64,000 bases of DNA from Chthoniobacteraceae bacterium (GTDB lineage: Bacteria; Verrucomicrobiota; Verrucomicrobiia; Chthoniobacterales; Chthoniobacteraceae), in the NCBI GenBank assembly GCA_040081625.1, contig JBEBGD010000005.1, positions 32,001-96,000 of the forward strand, written 5' to 3'. A model generated the notes under the pieces. It was not told the origin of the DNA. It was given only the letters and a program-made list of their open reading frames with translations, and ran no database searches. Below, piece by piece: positions 37,855 to 46,980 of this stretch (the first letter of the stretch is position 1; each line of letters starts with the position of its first letter). The translations under genes were made by a program, and so were the position numbers.

Positions 37855-38748
37855 ATGACGCTTCGCATCCTCCTCGCCGCGCTCCTCCCGCTCACCGCTT
37901 TCGCCGCCGACGCCGACGGAAAGTTGCGCATCGTCGTCTTCGGCGCGCATCCCGACGACGCGCAGTTCAAGGCCGGCGGCACCGCCGCGAAATGGGCGAA
38001 GCTCGGGCACAAAGTGAAGCTCGTGTCGGTCACGAATGGCGACATCGGCCACTGGCAATCGGCCGGCGGTCCGCTCGCGCAGCGGCGCAAGGCCGAGGTG
38101 CTCGCGACCGATCGCGCGCTCGGCGCGGCGACGGAGGTGCTCGACATTCACGACGGCGAGTTGCTCCCGACGCTGGAGAATCGGAAGCTCATCACGAAGG
38201 TGATCCGCGAGTGGAACGCGGACATCGTCATCGCGCATCGGCCTTGGGATTATCATCCCGATCATCGCTACGTCGGCGTGCTCGTGCAGGATGCGGCGTT
38301 CATGGTCACGGTGCCGTTCTTTTGCCCCGACGTGCCGGCGCTCAAGAAGAACCCCGCGTTCTTTTACTCGAGCGATGGCTTTCAGAAGCCGTATCCGTTT
38401 CGCCCGGACGTGGTCGTCTCGATCGACGACGTGTTTGAGCAGAAGGTCAACGCCGTGCATTTGATGCCGTCGCAGGTCTATGAAGGCGGCGCGAATGGGA
38501 GCGCCGAGTCGGTGGCGCAGGTGCCGCCCGAGAGCGATGAGGCTGGCCGCAAGGCGTGGCTGCGCAAGCGGTGGTCAGGGCGGCAGAGCAGCGAGGCGGA
38601 TCGCTTCCGCGACGTGCTGGTCCAGTGGTATGGCGCCGAGCAGGGCAAGGCGGTGAAATACGCGGAGGCCTTCGAGCTTTGCGAATACGGGCGCCGGCCT
38701 GGTCCGGACGAGTTGCGTGTGTTGTTCCCGTTTTTCCCGGCGAAGTAA
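37855..38748 (+). CDS. Secreted PIG-L/LmbE-family deacetylase
   Basis: Signal peptide; GAHPDD, RKAE, HPDH, AEAF. Confidence 0.88.
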   Translation: MTLRILLAALLPLTAFAADADGKLRIVVFGAHPDDAQFKAGGTAAKWAKLGHKVKLVSVTNGDIGHWQSAGGPLAQRRKAEVLATDRALGAATEVLDIHDGELLPTLENRKLITKVIREWNADIVIAHRPWDYHPDHRYVGVLVQDAAFMVTVPFFCPDVPALKKNPAFFYSSDGFQKPYPFRPDVVVSIDDVFEQKVNAVHLMPSQVYEGGANGSAESVAQVPPESDEAGRKAWLRKRWSGRQSSEADRFRDVLVQWYGAEQGKAVKYAEAFELCEYGRRPGPDELRVLFPFFPAK

Positions 38749-38751
38749 GAG

Positions 38752-38833
38752 TGCCGGGGAGGGGACTCGAACCCCTAAGGATTGCTCCACCAGATCCTAA
38801 GTCTGGCGCGTCTTCCAATTTCGCCACCCCGGC
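38752..38833 (-). tRNA. tRNA-Leu(TAG)
   Basis: Minus strand GCCGGGGTGGCGAAATTGG...CCAGA-CTTAGGA-TCTGG...GGTTCGAGTCCCCTCCCCGGCA; long variable arm; CCA not encoded. Confidence 0.95.
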
Positions 38834-39079
38834 TCGTTGATGATCAGAAACGTGCGAGCCACTGCAGTGCGACTGCCGCACAGTTTTACACCGTGCCGGA
38901 CTGGAACGCTCTGGAATGAATCGAAACGCGTCAACTCAACAGCGGGACACCTACGCGAAGGTGTTCGACATTTCACCAAGTGTTGCGAAGAACGTTGAGC
39001 GCGGGTCGAGGAGAGTCGCCGGCATCAGTTGGTTTGAAGGATTGCACCGCGTGCCCGGGTCTGAAATGCTCGCCCGCGT

Positions 39080-41422
39080 ATGATCGCGAGAGCGTTTCAA
39101 AATGGCCGTCTTTTGGCTGCTCTCATGGCAGTGATGGTGGCGTGCGCCTCCGCGGCTGGCACGCGTCCCGCCCCAGGCCAGACGCGGGCGGAGGCTGCGC
39201 GGGCACTCGCGGAGCGCGGACAGTTTGAGAGCGCGGTCGAGGAATGGCGGCGCGCGAAGCGGGAGTTTGCGCGGGCGAAGGATGCGGATGGCGAGACGGG
39301 TGCCTTACTCGGGGAGGCGTCGGCGCTGGCTGCACTCGGACATCATAAATTCGCACTCTCCGCTCTGGCCGCAGCCGGTGAACTGGCGGACCGCGCGCAC
39401 AGCCGCAAGCGGCAGGCGGAGGTGAAGGCGGCCCGTGGCCGGACCAATATTTTTTCCCGGCAGGCGGACCAGTCGGAAGATCTTTTGCGCGATGCGTTGA
39501 AGATGGCGCGCGCGGACAAAAACGACGCTCTCGCCGCCAGCGCACTCGACGGTCTCGCCATCGTCCTTGCGGCGCAGGACAAATATTTGGACGCGATCAC
39601 GGCGTGGGACCAGGCGATCGACCTGTCAGACCGCGCGACCGCGGTGCGCGTGCGATTGAACAAGGCAACTGCGGCGCTCAAGGCGGCGGCATTTCCCGAT
39701 GCGCTCCGGTGGGCCGGGGAGGTGGCGAAGGGCGCGGAGGCGCTGCCGGACGGACACGGGAAGGCGTTCGCCTTCATGGGAGCCGCGGAGATATTCCGCC
39801 GGCTCTTCATCGAGGCGCCGGAGCACGACAACGCGCTGAGGCTGCGCGCATTTAACCTGCACAAGGCGGCGGAGAAGGTGGCCGTGCAGATCGACGATCG
39901 GCGCGCGCTCAGCTACGCGCTCGGCTACCAGGGCGCGCTTTACGAGTTCGAGGGGAACCACGCCGCGGCGCTCCCGCTCACCCGCCGCGCGCTGGCCATC
40001 GCGCAGCAGATCCAGTCCGCCGATGCGCTCCATCGCTGGCAATGGCAGGTCGCGCGACTGCTCGGCAAAACCGGGGAGCGCGATGCAGCCATCGAGGCGT
40101 ATCGGCGGGCGGTCCGGACGCTCGAGGGCATCCGCAACGACGTAGCCATTCGCAGCGGCAATCGCAATGCGCGCTCGTCGTTTCGCGAGGCCGTGGGCGC
40201 GCTCTACACGGAGCTGGCCGACCTGCTTCTCCAGCGCGCCACTGCTGTAACTGACGGCGCGGAAATCCAGGCGCTGCTGCGCGAGGCGCGCGGGACTGCC
40301 GAACTGCTCAAGGCGGCGGAGCTCGAGGATTATTTCCAGGACGACTGCGTGATGCTGCTCAAGTCGAAGACCAGGACCGTCGAGACGATCTCGGTGAAGG
40401 CGGCGCTGATCTACATCGTGCCGCTGCCGGATCGCACGGAGCTGCTGGTGTCGCTCCCGCCTCCGCCGGTGAAGCAAGGCGCGGAGCCGGTTCCGGGGCG
40501 CATCGAGCGATTCACGACGCGCGTCGGCGAGGCGGAGTTGACGACGGTGCTGCGCAGCTTCCGCCTCAATCTCGAGAACCGGACGACCAATGAGTTCCTC
40601 GAGCAGGCGCAGCAGCTTTACGCGTGGCTGATCAAACCACTCGAGCCGTTGATGGCCGCGCATCGTTTCGACACGATGGTGTTCGTTCCCGATGGCGCGC
40701 TGCGCACCATTCCGATGGCGGCGCTGCACGACGGCGAGCGTTTTCTCATCGAGAAGTATGCCGTCGCAGTCACGCCGGGCCTCGAGCTGATGGAATCCAA
40801 ACAGGCCGCGAACGTGGCAGGCCGCCTGATGATCGCCGGCATCTCCGAGAGCGTGCAGGACTTTCCGCCGCTGCCGAATGTGCCGGGCGAACTCTCGGCG
40901 ATCGGGAAGCTTTACAACGAGCGCGAGTCGCTGCTGGACAGCGAGGGCATCAAGGCCAGCATCGAGGGGAAGTTCGGTGAAGTGCCGTTCACGATCGTCC
41001 ACATCGCGTCGCACGGCCACATCGACAGCGATATCCGCAAGAGCTTCGTGCTCACCTACGACGGCCGCCTGACGCTCGACGATCTCGAGCGGCTCATCCG
41101 CCCCGGCCAACTGGCCGACAAGCCGCTCGAACTGCTCACGCTGAGCGCCTGCCAGACTGCAGCGGGCGACGATCGGGCGGCGCTCGGGCTCGCGGGTGTG
41201 GCGGTGAAGGCGGGCGCGCGCGCCGCGTTCGCGACGCTGTGGTTCGTGAACGACCAGGCCTCCGCGCAGGTGGTGGTCGATTTCTACACCGAGCTAAAGA
41301 GCAAGCCTGACCGCACCAAGGCGCAGGCGTTGCAGGCAGCGCAGACGAGGCTGCTCCGCGACGAACGGTTTCAGCACCCGTGTTACTGGGCACCGTATCT
41401 CATCATCGGGAATTGGCTGTGA
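39080..41422 (+). CDS. TPR + CHAT (caspase-like protease) domain protein with N-terminal export signal
   Basis: TPR-like helices; FVPDGAL..IP.AAL, VHIASHG, LSACQTA, TLWFVND, HP.YWAPY.IIGNW. Confidence 0.9.
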   Translation: MIARAFQNGRLLAALMAVMVACASAAGTRPAPGQTRAEAARALAERGQFESAVEEWRRAKREFARAKDADGETGALLGEASALAALGHHKFALSALAAAGELADRAHSRKRQAEVKAARGRTNIFSRQADQSEDLLRDALKMARADKNDALAASALDGLAIVLAAQDKYLDAITAWDQAIDLSDRATAVRVRLNKATAALKAAAFPDALRWAGEVAKGAEALPDGHGKAFAFMGAAEIFRRLFIEAPEHDNALRLRAFNLHKAAEKVAVQIDDRRALSYALGYQGALYEFEGNHAAALPLTRRALAIAQQIQSADALHRWQWQVARLLGKTGERDAAIEAYRRAVRTLEGIRNDVAIRSGNRNARSSFREAVGALYTELADLLLQRATAVTDGAEIQALLREARGTAELLKAAELEDYFQDDCVMLLKSKTRTVETISVKAALIYIVPLPDRTELLVSLPPPPVKQGAEPVPGRIERFTTRVGEAELTTVLRSFRLNLENRTTNEFLEQAQQLYAWLIKPLEPLMAAHRFDTMVFVPDGALRTIPMAALHDGERFLIEKYAVAVTPGLELMESKQAANVAGRLMIAGISESVQDFPPLPNVPGELSAIGKLYNERESLLDSEGIKASIEGKFGEVPFTIVHIASHGHIDSDIRKSFVLTYDGRLTLDDLERLIRPGQLADKPLELLTLSACQTAAGDDRAALGLAGVAVKAGARAAFATLWFVNDQASAQVVVDFYTELKSKPDRTKAQALQAAQTRLLRDERFQHPCYWAPYLIIGNWL

Positions 41423-43398
41423 AAGGCATCGTCAAGGCCCTGCATCGTCCGAGCGTAGCGTGCCTCGTCATCAGCCTCGTCGTGCTCGGCGCGGTGCTCG
41501 GCGTTCGCGCGCAGGGCTGGCTCCAGCTCGCGGAGTTGACGATCTATGACCACTTCGTGCAGTCGAACTCCGAGCCGGACTCGACCGACGAGCGGATCGC
41601 GATCGTCGGGATGACGGAGGACGATTTGGAAAAATACGGCTTCCCGATCGACGACGAACGGATGGCGCAAGTGCTCACGGGCCTCGACGCGCAGGAGCCG
41701 GCAGCGATCGGGCTCGATATGTATCGTGACCTGCCCGAGCCGCGCGACCGCTCGAAGTATCCCGCGCTCGAGGCCGCGTTCAAAAAGCTGCCGCGCGTGA
41801 TCGCGATCCAGCGTGTCGGTTACGTGAAGCCGCCGCCGGCGCTCGCGGATCAGCCCGACCGGATCTGCGCGAACAATCTCGAAAAGGATTTCTCCGTCGA
41901 TGGCTACTACCGGCGCGGGCCGCTGGCGATCGAGCGCGACGTGCCGGAGCCGCTCTACAGCCTGAGCCTCGCGCTCACCTTGAAATACCTCGAGCTCCAT
42001 GAAGTGGACGTCGAACTGGTCGAGGTGGTGGGCCGGCCGGAGGCGCCGCTTTTTCGCCTCGGCAAGACGGTTTTTCCGCGGCTCACGTCGAATGCCGGCG
42101 GCTACGTGGGGCTCGACGTTCACGATTATGAATACCTCGTCGATTTCCGCGCGCCGCGGCGGTTCCGTGTGCAGGATGCGCGCGGCCAGCTCGCGCGCGA
42201 CACGCCTTACGATTTCAGCTTCGGCGACGTGATCGAGGGCCGGCTGCCGCCCGGCGCCTTGAAGGGAAAAATTGTTTTCGTCGGCACGGTCATGCAGAGC
42301 ATCAAGGACAGCAATCCGACGCCGATCGACGACAACCTGCGCGGGATGCACCAGCACGTGATGATGACGCATCAGCTTCTCGAAGCTGCAATCAAGGGCG
42401 TGAAGCCGAGGACTTGGTGGCCCGAGTGGGCGGAAGTGGCGTGGATCGCCGTGGCCACGCTGCTCGGTGGCGCGCTCGGGCTCATGTTCCGCTCGCCGTG
42501 GAAGCTCGCGCCCGCGCTCGCGCTACTCCTCGCCGGAATCGGTTTCGGCGGCGCGCTCATGTTTCAGCACGGCACGTGGATGCTGGTCGCCGCGCCGGGG
42601 CTCGGCGGATTCATCTCCGCGACGCTGGTGACTTCCTTCATCGCCTACCTCGAGAAATCCGAGCGCGGCGAGATGCACTCGCTCTTTTCCAAACACGTCT
42701 CGCCGAAGGTCGTCGAGGCGCTCTGGGCCGGGCGCGAACAGTTCCTCGACGGCGGCAGGCTGAAGCCGCAACGCCTCACCGCGACGGTGCTCTTCACCGA
42801 CCTCAAGGGCTTCTCGACGACCTCCGAGAAGATGGACCCGACGACGCTCATGGAGTGGATGAACGAATACATGAACGGCGTCGCGCGGCACGTGGACCTC
42901 AATCACGGGATCATCAACAAGTTCATCGGCGACGCCATCATGGCCGTCTTCGGCGTGCCCATCGCCCGCACGCGCGAAGAGGAGATGGACGCGGACGCTG
43001 TGAATGCGGTGACGTGCGCGCTGGCCATGCGCACGGCGATCGCGGCGCTGAATGAAACATGGCGCGCGCGCGACCTGCCCACCACCGCCATGCGCATCGG
43101 CATCTACACCGGGGCGCTCGTGGCGGGCAGTTTCGGCAGCGAAGACCGGCTCGAGTTCACCGTGCTCGGCGACACCGTGAATACTGCCGCGCGGCTCGAA
43201 GCCGCCGGCAAGGACGCCGCAGCCGATCCTCGCACCGCCGAGTGCACCATCCTCATCGGCGACTCGACCGCGCAACGCCTGCGCGGGCGCTTCGAGACGC
43301 AACTACTGGGGCCGATCAGCTTGAAGGGAAAAGCGGACAAGATTGTTGTTCACAGCGTGATCGGCACCGCGCAGGATGCCGCCGTTCCTGCCGCGTAA
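41419..43398 (+). CDS. CHASE2-sensor adenylate/guanylate cyclase
   Basis: IGLDMYRD (CHASE2), three TM helices, LFTDLKGFS, KFIGDAIMA.FG.P, GDTVNTAARLE. Confidence 0.9.
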   Translation: MKGIVKALHRPSVACLVISLVVLGAVLGVRAQGWLQLAELTIYDHFVQSNSEPDSTDERIAIVGMTEDDLEKYGFPIDDERMAQVLTGLDAQEPAAIGLDMYRDLPEPRDRSKYPALEAAFKKLPRVIAIQRVGYVKPPPALADQPDRICANNLEKDFSVDGYYRRGPLAIERDVPEPLYSLSLALTLKYLELHEVDVELVEVVGRPEAPLFRLGKTVFPRLTSNAGGYVGLDVHDYEYLVDFRAPRRFRVQDARGQLARDTPYDFSFGDVIEGRLPPGALKGKIVFVGTVMQSIKDSNPTPIDDNLRGMHQHVMMTHQLLEAAIKGVKPRTWWPEWAEVAWIAVATLLGGALGLMFRSPWKLAPALALLLAGIGFGGALMFQHGTWMLVAAPGLGGFISATLVTSFIAYLEKSERGEMHSLFSKHVSPKVVEALWAGREQFLDGGRLKPQRLTATVLFTDLKGFSTTSEKMDPTTLMEWMNEYMNGVARHVDLNHGIINKFIGDAIMAVFGVPIARTREEEMDADAVNAVTCALAMRTAIAALNETWRARDLPTTAMRIGIYTGALVAGSFGSEDRLEFTVLGDTVNTAARLEAAGKDAAADPRTAECTILIGDSTAQRLRGRFETQLLGPISLKGKADKIVVHSVIGTAQDAAVPAA

Positions 43399-43429
43399 GG
43401 CTTTCCTTTATACCAAACCTCCCAGTCCC

Positions 43430-44158
43430 ATGAAACTCCTCGCAGTTCTTCTCGGCGCCTCAGTCGCGCTCGCTTCAATCCAAGCCCAGGACGGAGCCCC
43501 AGCGGCGCCGAAGCGCAGCCTGCTGAAATACACGCCGCCAAAATCCACGGCGGGTGGTGCGCGCATCGATGGCGACGGAGGATCGCGCGGCCCCGACGTG
43601 CAGCTCCCGGCGATCACCGTGCTTGCGCCGAAGGAGGCTGCCGTGACGATCAGCGAGCAGCCGTCGTTGTTCTGGTTTCAAGCGGGGCCGATGCCGGAGA
43701 AGGTCATCAAGACCGCGCGCATCGAAGTCGCGTTGATCGACCCGAAGAATCCAAAGCCGCTCTTCAAAGTCACGTCGCCGCTGGCCGCCGACAAGCAGGC
43801 TGGCGCGGGGCTGCGCCGGCTCTCGGTGGGAAAACAGAACGTCACGCTCAAGCCGGGCGTGACTTATAAATGGAGCGTCGCGCTCGTTCCCGATCCGGCA
43901 AATCGTTCGCAGGATGTGGTCACCAGTGCATCGATCCAGCGCATCGAGCCGAGCAAGGAACTCGCGGAGGCGCTCAAGTCCGCAGCGGACGGCGACAAGG
44001 CGGCGGTCTTCGCGCAGAACGGCGTGTGGTATGACGCCGTCGATGCGATCACGACAGAGATCGGCAAGGATCCGAACAACGCCGAGCTGCGAAAGATGCG
44101 CGGCGAGTTGCTGCGACAAGGCGGGCTGAAGGACGCCGCGGCCGCCGACTTGAAGTAA
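43430..44158 (+). CDS. DUF928-family exported protein
   Basis: Signal peptide; GGSRG, T....P.LFW, YKWSV, GVWYDA, LL.QGGL. Confidence 0.8.
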   Translation: MKLLAVLLGASVALASIQAQDGAPAAPKRSLLKYTPPKSTAGGARIDGDGGSRGPDVQLPAITVLAPKEAAVTISEQPSLFWFQAGPMPEKVIKTARIEVALIDPKNPKPLFKVTSPLAADKQAGAGLRRLSVGKQNVTLKPGVTYKWSVALVPDPANRSQDVVTSASIQRIEPSKELAEALKSAADGDKAAVFAQNGVWYDAVDAITTEIGKDPNNAELRKMRGELLRQGGLKDAAAADLK

Positions 44159-44165
44159 CGCCAGA

Positions 44166-46961
44166 ATGAAATCACCCCGCGCCGCGCAGCAAATCGCCGT
44201 GGCGATTTGCACGGTGCTCGCGTCCGCCGCGGTGCGTGCAGCCGTGGCGACGGATGGCTCGCTCGGCTCGGGCGGCGCGATCGTTCCTGCTGGCGGCAAT
44301 TACGCGATCCCCGCGTCGCTCGGGCGGACGGTCGGCGCGAATCTTTTCCAGAGCTTCAGCGAGTTCAATTTGCTGATGGGCGAGTCTGCCACGTTCAGCG
44401 GGCCGAATGGCATCGCAAGAATCCTCGCGCGGGTCACCGGCGGGCCTTCGACCATCGACGGCACCATCCGCTCGACGATCGACGGAGCGCATCTTTTTCT
44501 CATCAACCCGCAGGGCATCGTCTTCCAGTCGAACGCGGCGATCGATGTGAAGGGATCGTTCACCGCGACGACGGCGGACTACGTGAAGCTGGGATCGAAC
44601 GGACGCTTCGACGCGCGCGACGCGGCGAACGACGTGCTGACGAGCGAGCCGGTTTCGGCGTGGGGTTTTCTGCCCGCGAGCATCGCTCCGATGCCGATCT
44701 CGGTGGCGGGCTCGACGCTTTCGGGAGGGGACGGCGCGACGCTCTCATTCATCGGCGGCGACATCTCGTTCGATCGCGCGCGCGTCTCGGCGCCGGGCGG
44801 ACGCTTCGAACTCGCGTCGTTCAATGCGCCTGGTGAATACGCCGGCGACCTGAGCGGCGTCAGCGGCTCAGGATTCATCGGACTGCTCGAGAGCGACATC
44901 GATCTCGATGGTGCGCAAGGCGGTTCGCTGCTCATCCGCGGCGGCAGCCTGACTGTGCAGCGCACACGGATCACTTCGACCACCACGGGCGCGGGCATCG
45001 GCGGCGACTTCGATGTGCGCGTCGCGAAGGACATGAAGGTGATCGGCACCCGGACGAATTCGGCGAAGTTGCTCACGAGCACGAGCGCAGGTGGGCGCGC
45101 GGGGAACGTCGTGATCCGCGCGGGCAAACTGGTCATCGAGGGGGAGGGCTCGCGGGTCGGGAGTCTTGCGGACATCGCGACGACGGCCACGGCGCAGGCC
45201 GGTCGCGTCGATGTGCAGGCGGGGCAGATGGAGATCAATAGCCGCGCGCGGCTCGAGTCGTCCACGAACGGCGCGGGCCAGGGCAATGTGGTCGCGGTGA
45301 AAGCGACCGCGCTTTCTATTCGCGGAGACGCTTCGGAGGTGGCGACGGGGATTTTTTCCGACAGCACGTTGCTCTCGGCGGATGGAATCGGTGGCGCTGC
45401 GGGCGGCGTGCAGGTGCGTGCGGACACGCTGCGGCTTGAAAACGGCGGCTTGATCGAATCGACCACCAGCGGGCTCGGGCGCGGCGGAAATGTGAACGTC
45501 GCGGCGCGCGACATCACCATCACCGCGCCGGCCGTGAAGCTGGCGGTGGCAGGCGGGCCGAACCCCGCGGCGACCGGCATCTTCGCCGACACCGGGTCGT
45601 TCCTGGCGCCGCAGCAGGCGAGCGGACAGGGTGGAAACGTCTTCGTTTCCGCGGACCATATCCGCATCGAGGAGGGAGGATTGATTTCGACCAAGACCGT
45701 CGGCCTCGGCGCCGCAGGAAACACGGAGGTCCAGGCGCGATCGCTGGAGATCGCCCGCGGGGCGTCGAGCTTCGTCACCGGCATCGCCGTCGGTGCGCCG
45801 CTCGATATCAGCGGGCCGGGCGGGAATGTGACGGTGAAGGTCGATACCTTGCGCATCACCAACGGACAGATCACCGCCTCGACCGAGGCCACCGGCAAGG
45901 GCGGCAACGTCTCGGTCACCGCGCGCAGCATCCTGCTCGACGGCAGCGGGCCCTCGGACCTCAACACGGGAATTCTTTCGGAGACCACTTCGTCCGGTGC
46001 GGGCGGAAATGTCACCGTTGTCGCGGATACGATCCGGATCATCAAGGCGGGCCGAATCTCGACGCTCGCCGCCGGCACGGGCCAGGGCGGCGACATCGTC
46101 GTGCGAGCCGGCAGCCTGCTGATTTCCGGCGCGGGAACACCGCTGTTCACGGGGATCATTGCCTCGACCCTTTCCGAGGAGAAAAATGCCGGAGCCGGCG
46201 GGCGCCTGAGCATCTCGGCTGGCAGCGTGCGGCTCGTCGATGCCGGCGGGATTTCGGCCACCTCGCTCGGGCGCGGGGACGGTGGCAGCGTGCAACTCAG
46301 CGCGAACCAACTAACCCTCGACCGCCTCGGCGCGATCGAAGCTTCCGCCGTCGGGAAAGGCGTCGCGGGCAGCGTGACGATCGATGTGATCGCACCGCTG
46401 GTCATGCGCGGCGCGAGCAGCATCCGCACGACTTCGGCGATCAGCAGCGCGGGCCAGATCACGATCCGCTCGGCGAGCGACATCGACCTCGGCGGCGCGA
46501 GCAGCATCACCGTCACCGCGTCGCTCGGCAATGCCGGGCAGATCACGCTTTCCGCGCCGGGGATGATCTATCTGCACGACGGCTCGGCCGTGCTCGCGGA
46601 AGCCGGGCTCAACGGCGGCAACGTGAGCATCTTCACGCGCTTCGCGATCTTGAGCGCGAGCCGCATCAGCGCGAACGCCATCCTCGGCGCGGGCGGAAAC
46701 ATCCTGATCGTCGCGGACAGCTTCCTCGCGTCGGAGAGTCCCGTGACCGCGTCGTCGGAGGCGAGCGTGCAAGGCTCGGTGGTGATCCAGTCGCCCGACG
46801 CGCAGCTCGCGAACGCGCTCACGCCGCTACCCGCGGGCCTCATCGGCACGAATGTGCGGCTATCCGAGCGCTGCGCGATCCGGCTCGGCGCGGACTTCAG
46901 CAGCTTCCTGGTGATCGGTCGCGGCGGCATGTCCATCGCACCCGGCGAACCGGCACCTTGA
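44166..46961 (+). CDS. Filamentous-haemagglutinin-like TpsA exoprotein
   Basis: TPS domain NLFQSF..F, RVTGG.S.IDG, LINPQGI.F; G.GG.V.V.A repeats; C-terminal C...SSF.V.GRGG. Confidence 0.88.
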   Translation: MKSPRAAQQIAVAICTVLASAAVRAAVATDGSLGSGGAIVPAGGNYAIPASLGRTVGANLFQSFSEFNLLMGESATFSGPNGIARILARVTGGPSTIDGTIRSTIDGAHLFLINPQGIVFQSNAAIDVKGSFTATTADYVKLGSNGRFDARDAANDVLTSEPVSAWGFLPASIAPMPISVAGSTLSGGDGATLSFIGGDISFDRARVSAPGGRFELASFNAPGEYAGDLSGVSGSGFIGLLESDIDLDGAQGGSLLIRGGSLTVQRTRITSTTTGAGIGGDFDVRVAKDMKVIGTRTNSAKLLTSTSAGGRAGNVVIRAGKLVIEGEGSRVGSLADIATTATAQAGRVDVQAGQMEINSRARLESSTNGAGQGNVVAVKATALSIRGDASEVATGIFSDSTLLSADGIGGAAGGVQVRADTLRLENGGLIESTTSGLGRGGNVNVAARDITITAPAVKLAVAGGPNPAATGIFADTGSFLAPQQASGQGGNVFVSADHIRIEEGGLISTKTVGLGAAGNTEVQARSLEIARGASSFVTGIAVGAPLDISGPGGNVTVKVDTLRITNGQITASTEATGKGGNVSVTARSILLDGSGPSDLNTGILSETTSSGAGGNVTVVADTIRIIKAGRISTLAAGTGQGGDIVVRAGSLLISGAGTPLFTGIIASTLSEEKNAGAGGRLSISAGSVRLVDAGGISATSLGRGDGGSVQLSANQLTLDRLGAIEASAVGKGVAGSVTIDVIAPLVMRGASSIRTTSAISSAGQITIRSASDIDLGGASSITVTASLGNAGQITLSAPGMIYLHDGSAVLAEAGLNGGNVSIFTRFAILSASRISANAILGAGGNILIVADSFLASESPVTASSEASVQGSVVIQSPDAQLANALTPLPAGLIGTNVRLSERCAIRLGADFSSFLVIGRGGMSIAPGEPAP

Positions 46962-46980
46962 CGCAGCCCTCCATCAAATC

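Noticed and set aside
38752..38833. tRNA-Leu as integration site of an island
   Set aside because: No integrase and no duplicated tRNA 3' end found.
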